This document shows positions 63,070 through 64,000 of a stretch of DNA of 64,000 nucleotides, in pieces. The notes below the pieces were generated by a model that searched no databases, was not told the DNA's origin, and was given only the letters and a program-made list of their open reading frames with translations. The position numbers were made by a program, and so were the translations under genes. Numbering within the stretch: the stretch's first letter is position 1; each line of letters starts with the position of its first letter. The DNA is taken from positions 64,001-128,000 of IMG/VR virus record IMGVR_UViG_3300027985_000286. The stretch is one strand, 5' to 3'. The stretch is from a virus.

Positions 63070-63113
63070 ATCTCCTGGCTTAAATACGATTAGTTAACTA
63101 CAGCACAGGGGAT
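63070..63113 (+). promoter_or_regulatory. RBS-sequestering hairpin with late promoter TAAATA in the loop
   Basis: ATCTCCTGGCT (63070-63080) pairs with AGC-A-CAGGGGAT (63102-63113); TAAATA at 63081. Confidence 0.7.
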
Positions 63114-63118
63114 ATTAT

Positions 63119-64000
63119 ATGGAATTGGTTCAGTATAGAGATTTCTTGAACGAATCTCTAGATAAATTCTACCCCTTCGCGGTAAATACAGAAAGCCTTG
63201 CAAGCTGGGTAAGGGCTCAATATGAGTTCAACGTCGGCTCGAGTACCTTCGCTCTTAGAGTGATCAAATCTTTTAGACCAGGGACTTTTGCTTACCAGGT
63301 TCTTCTAGGTAGACTGGTGAGTAAGAAGGTATCACCCAAGCTTGTAGGTGTTACCAATTTTAAGATGTTCTTCTCAACTCTGGTTAATATCCTTTTAGAG
63401 ATTCACGATAATCCAGTCCCAAAACTGAAGACTGTCTTTGGTATGGCTATACGAATTGATGCAGATGCGTACGATAAGCACAAATCTTTGATTGTTAGAG
63501 CGGTAAGGATGAAGCTCAAAGGTAAATACCGATTGATGGAGGGGGTGAGTAAAGATTACATTGATGATGGCAGCATGAAGGTCCTGTATATCTACCAGTT
63601 CGGAAAAACCTTTAAGCAAGTCTTCGACAAGCTACCTTCGGACTTTCTTGATAGCGTACCTGACGAAGGGCAGGATACCACAAACCCTCAACCTGAGACG
63701 GACACTCTTTCTTCTGTAGCTAAGCCTATAGAAAAAGCTGCTCCGGTACTAACAACCCCTTCATCTGTTGTTTCTAAAGGTACCGAGAAAGAAAAGGACG
63801 TTAGCCCTACTTTCAAAAAGGTTCCTGTTGTGGTAGAGCCTGTCACGAAGCCTGAACCTTTGAGTAAGACTGGTGACTTTAAGAGTTTTGTTAAAGCGCC
63901 AGAAGATGTTAAAGATGATAAGAAAGATCCTATTGATAGGGTTTTGTCTCCTTTGGGCTCCAACTTGTCTGAAAAAGATGTCGCTGAAGGCTGGAAGCTC
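63119..64000 (+). CDS. Large late protein truncated by the window edge; Alt-like internal-protein N-terminus plus a Pro/Thr/Lys-rich linker
   Basis: Open from ATG 63119 to the edge (MELVQYRDFLNESL...); absent from the ORF track because it has no stop; segment GMAIRID...IVRAVRMKLKGKYRL..DY...VLYIY recalls the T4 Alt N-domain. Confidence 0.65.
   Translation, partial: MELVQYRDFLNESLDKFYPFAVNTESLASWVRAQYEFNVGSSTFALRVIKSFRPGTFAYQVLLGRLVSKKVSPKLVGVTNFKMFFSTLVNILLEIHDNPVPKLKTVFGMAIRIDADAYDKHKSLIVRAVRMKLKGKYRLMEGVSKDYIDDGSMKVLYIYQFGKTFKQVFDKLPSDFLDSVPDEGQDTTNPQPETDTLSSVAKPIEKAAPVLTTPSSVVSKGTEKEKDVSPTFKKVPVVVEPVTKPEPLSKTGDFKSFVKAPEDVKDDKKDPIDRVLSPLGSNLSEKDVAEGWKL

Noticed and set aside
1-64000. Stop-codon reassignment, CRISPR arrays, diversity-generating retroelement
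   Set aside because: Core genes are full length in the standard code and use TAA, TAG and TGA as stops; no arrays, reverse transcriptase or TR/VR pair seen

Overview
A 64-kb segment of a large lytic T4-superfamily (T4-like) myophage genome, almost entirely on the + strand. Positions ~1-28.8 kb hold the virion module: a lysozyme-less gp5, a PAAR spike fused to a peptidase M15, gp25, gp6, gp7, a GC-rich receptor-binding insert, a beta-helix tailspike, gp8, a VrlC/DUF4815-like protein and gp13-gp23. Positions ~29-64 kb mix early accessory cassettes with gp3, uvsY, RNase HI, uvsW, topoisomerase II (fused gp39+60, plus gp52), primase, a T5 A1-like phosphoesterase, thyA, a RuvC-like resolvase, DNA ligase, an NAD salvage pair (NMNAT-Nudix + NAMPT), rIIA/rIIB, tRNA-Arg and tRNA-Lys, a divergent Acb2-like sponge and the start of an Alt-like internal protein. 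The most notable signals not explained by the ORF track are: (1) a ~430-nt ORF-free region just after uvsW, densely packed with helices and a 12-nt long-range pairing, with its own minus-strand sigma70 promoter (candidate novel large structured ncRNA or R-loop origin primer); (2) recurring RBS-sequestering hairpins built around the TAAATA late promoter; (3) several proteins with T4 internal-protein-like capsid-targeting N-termini; (4) a LapG-like cysteine protease; (5) a 32-bp intergenic motif present twice, 23 kb apart. All homology calls come from recognising motifs and gene order by eye; no database search or folding program was run.
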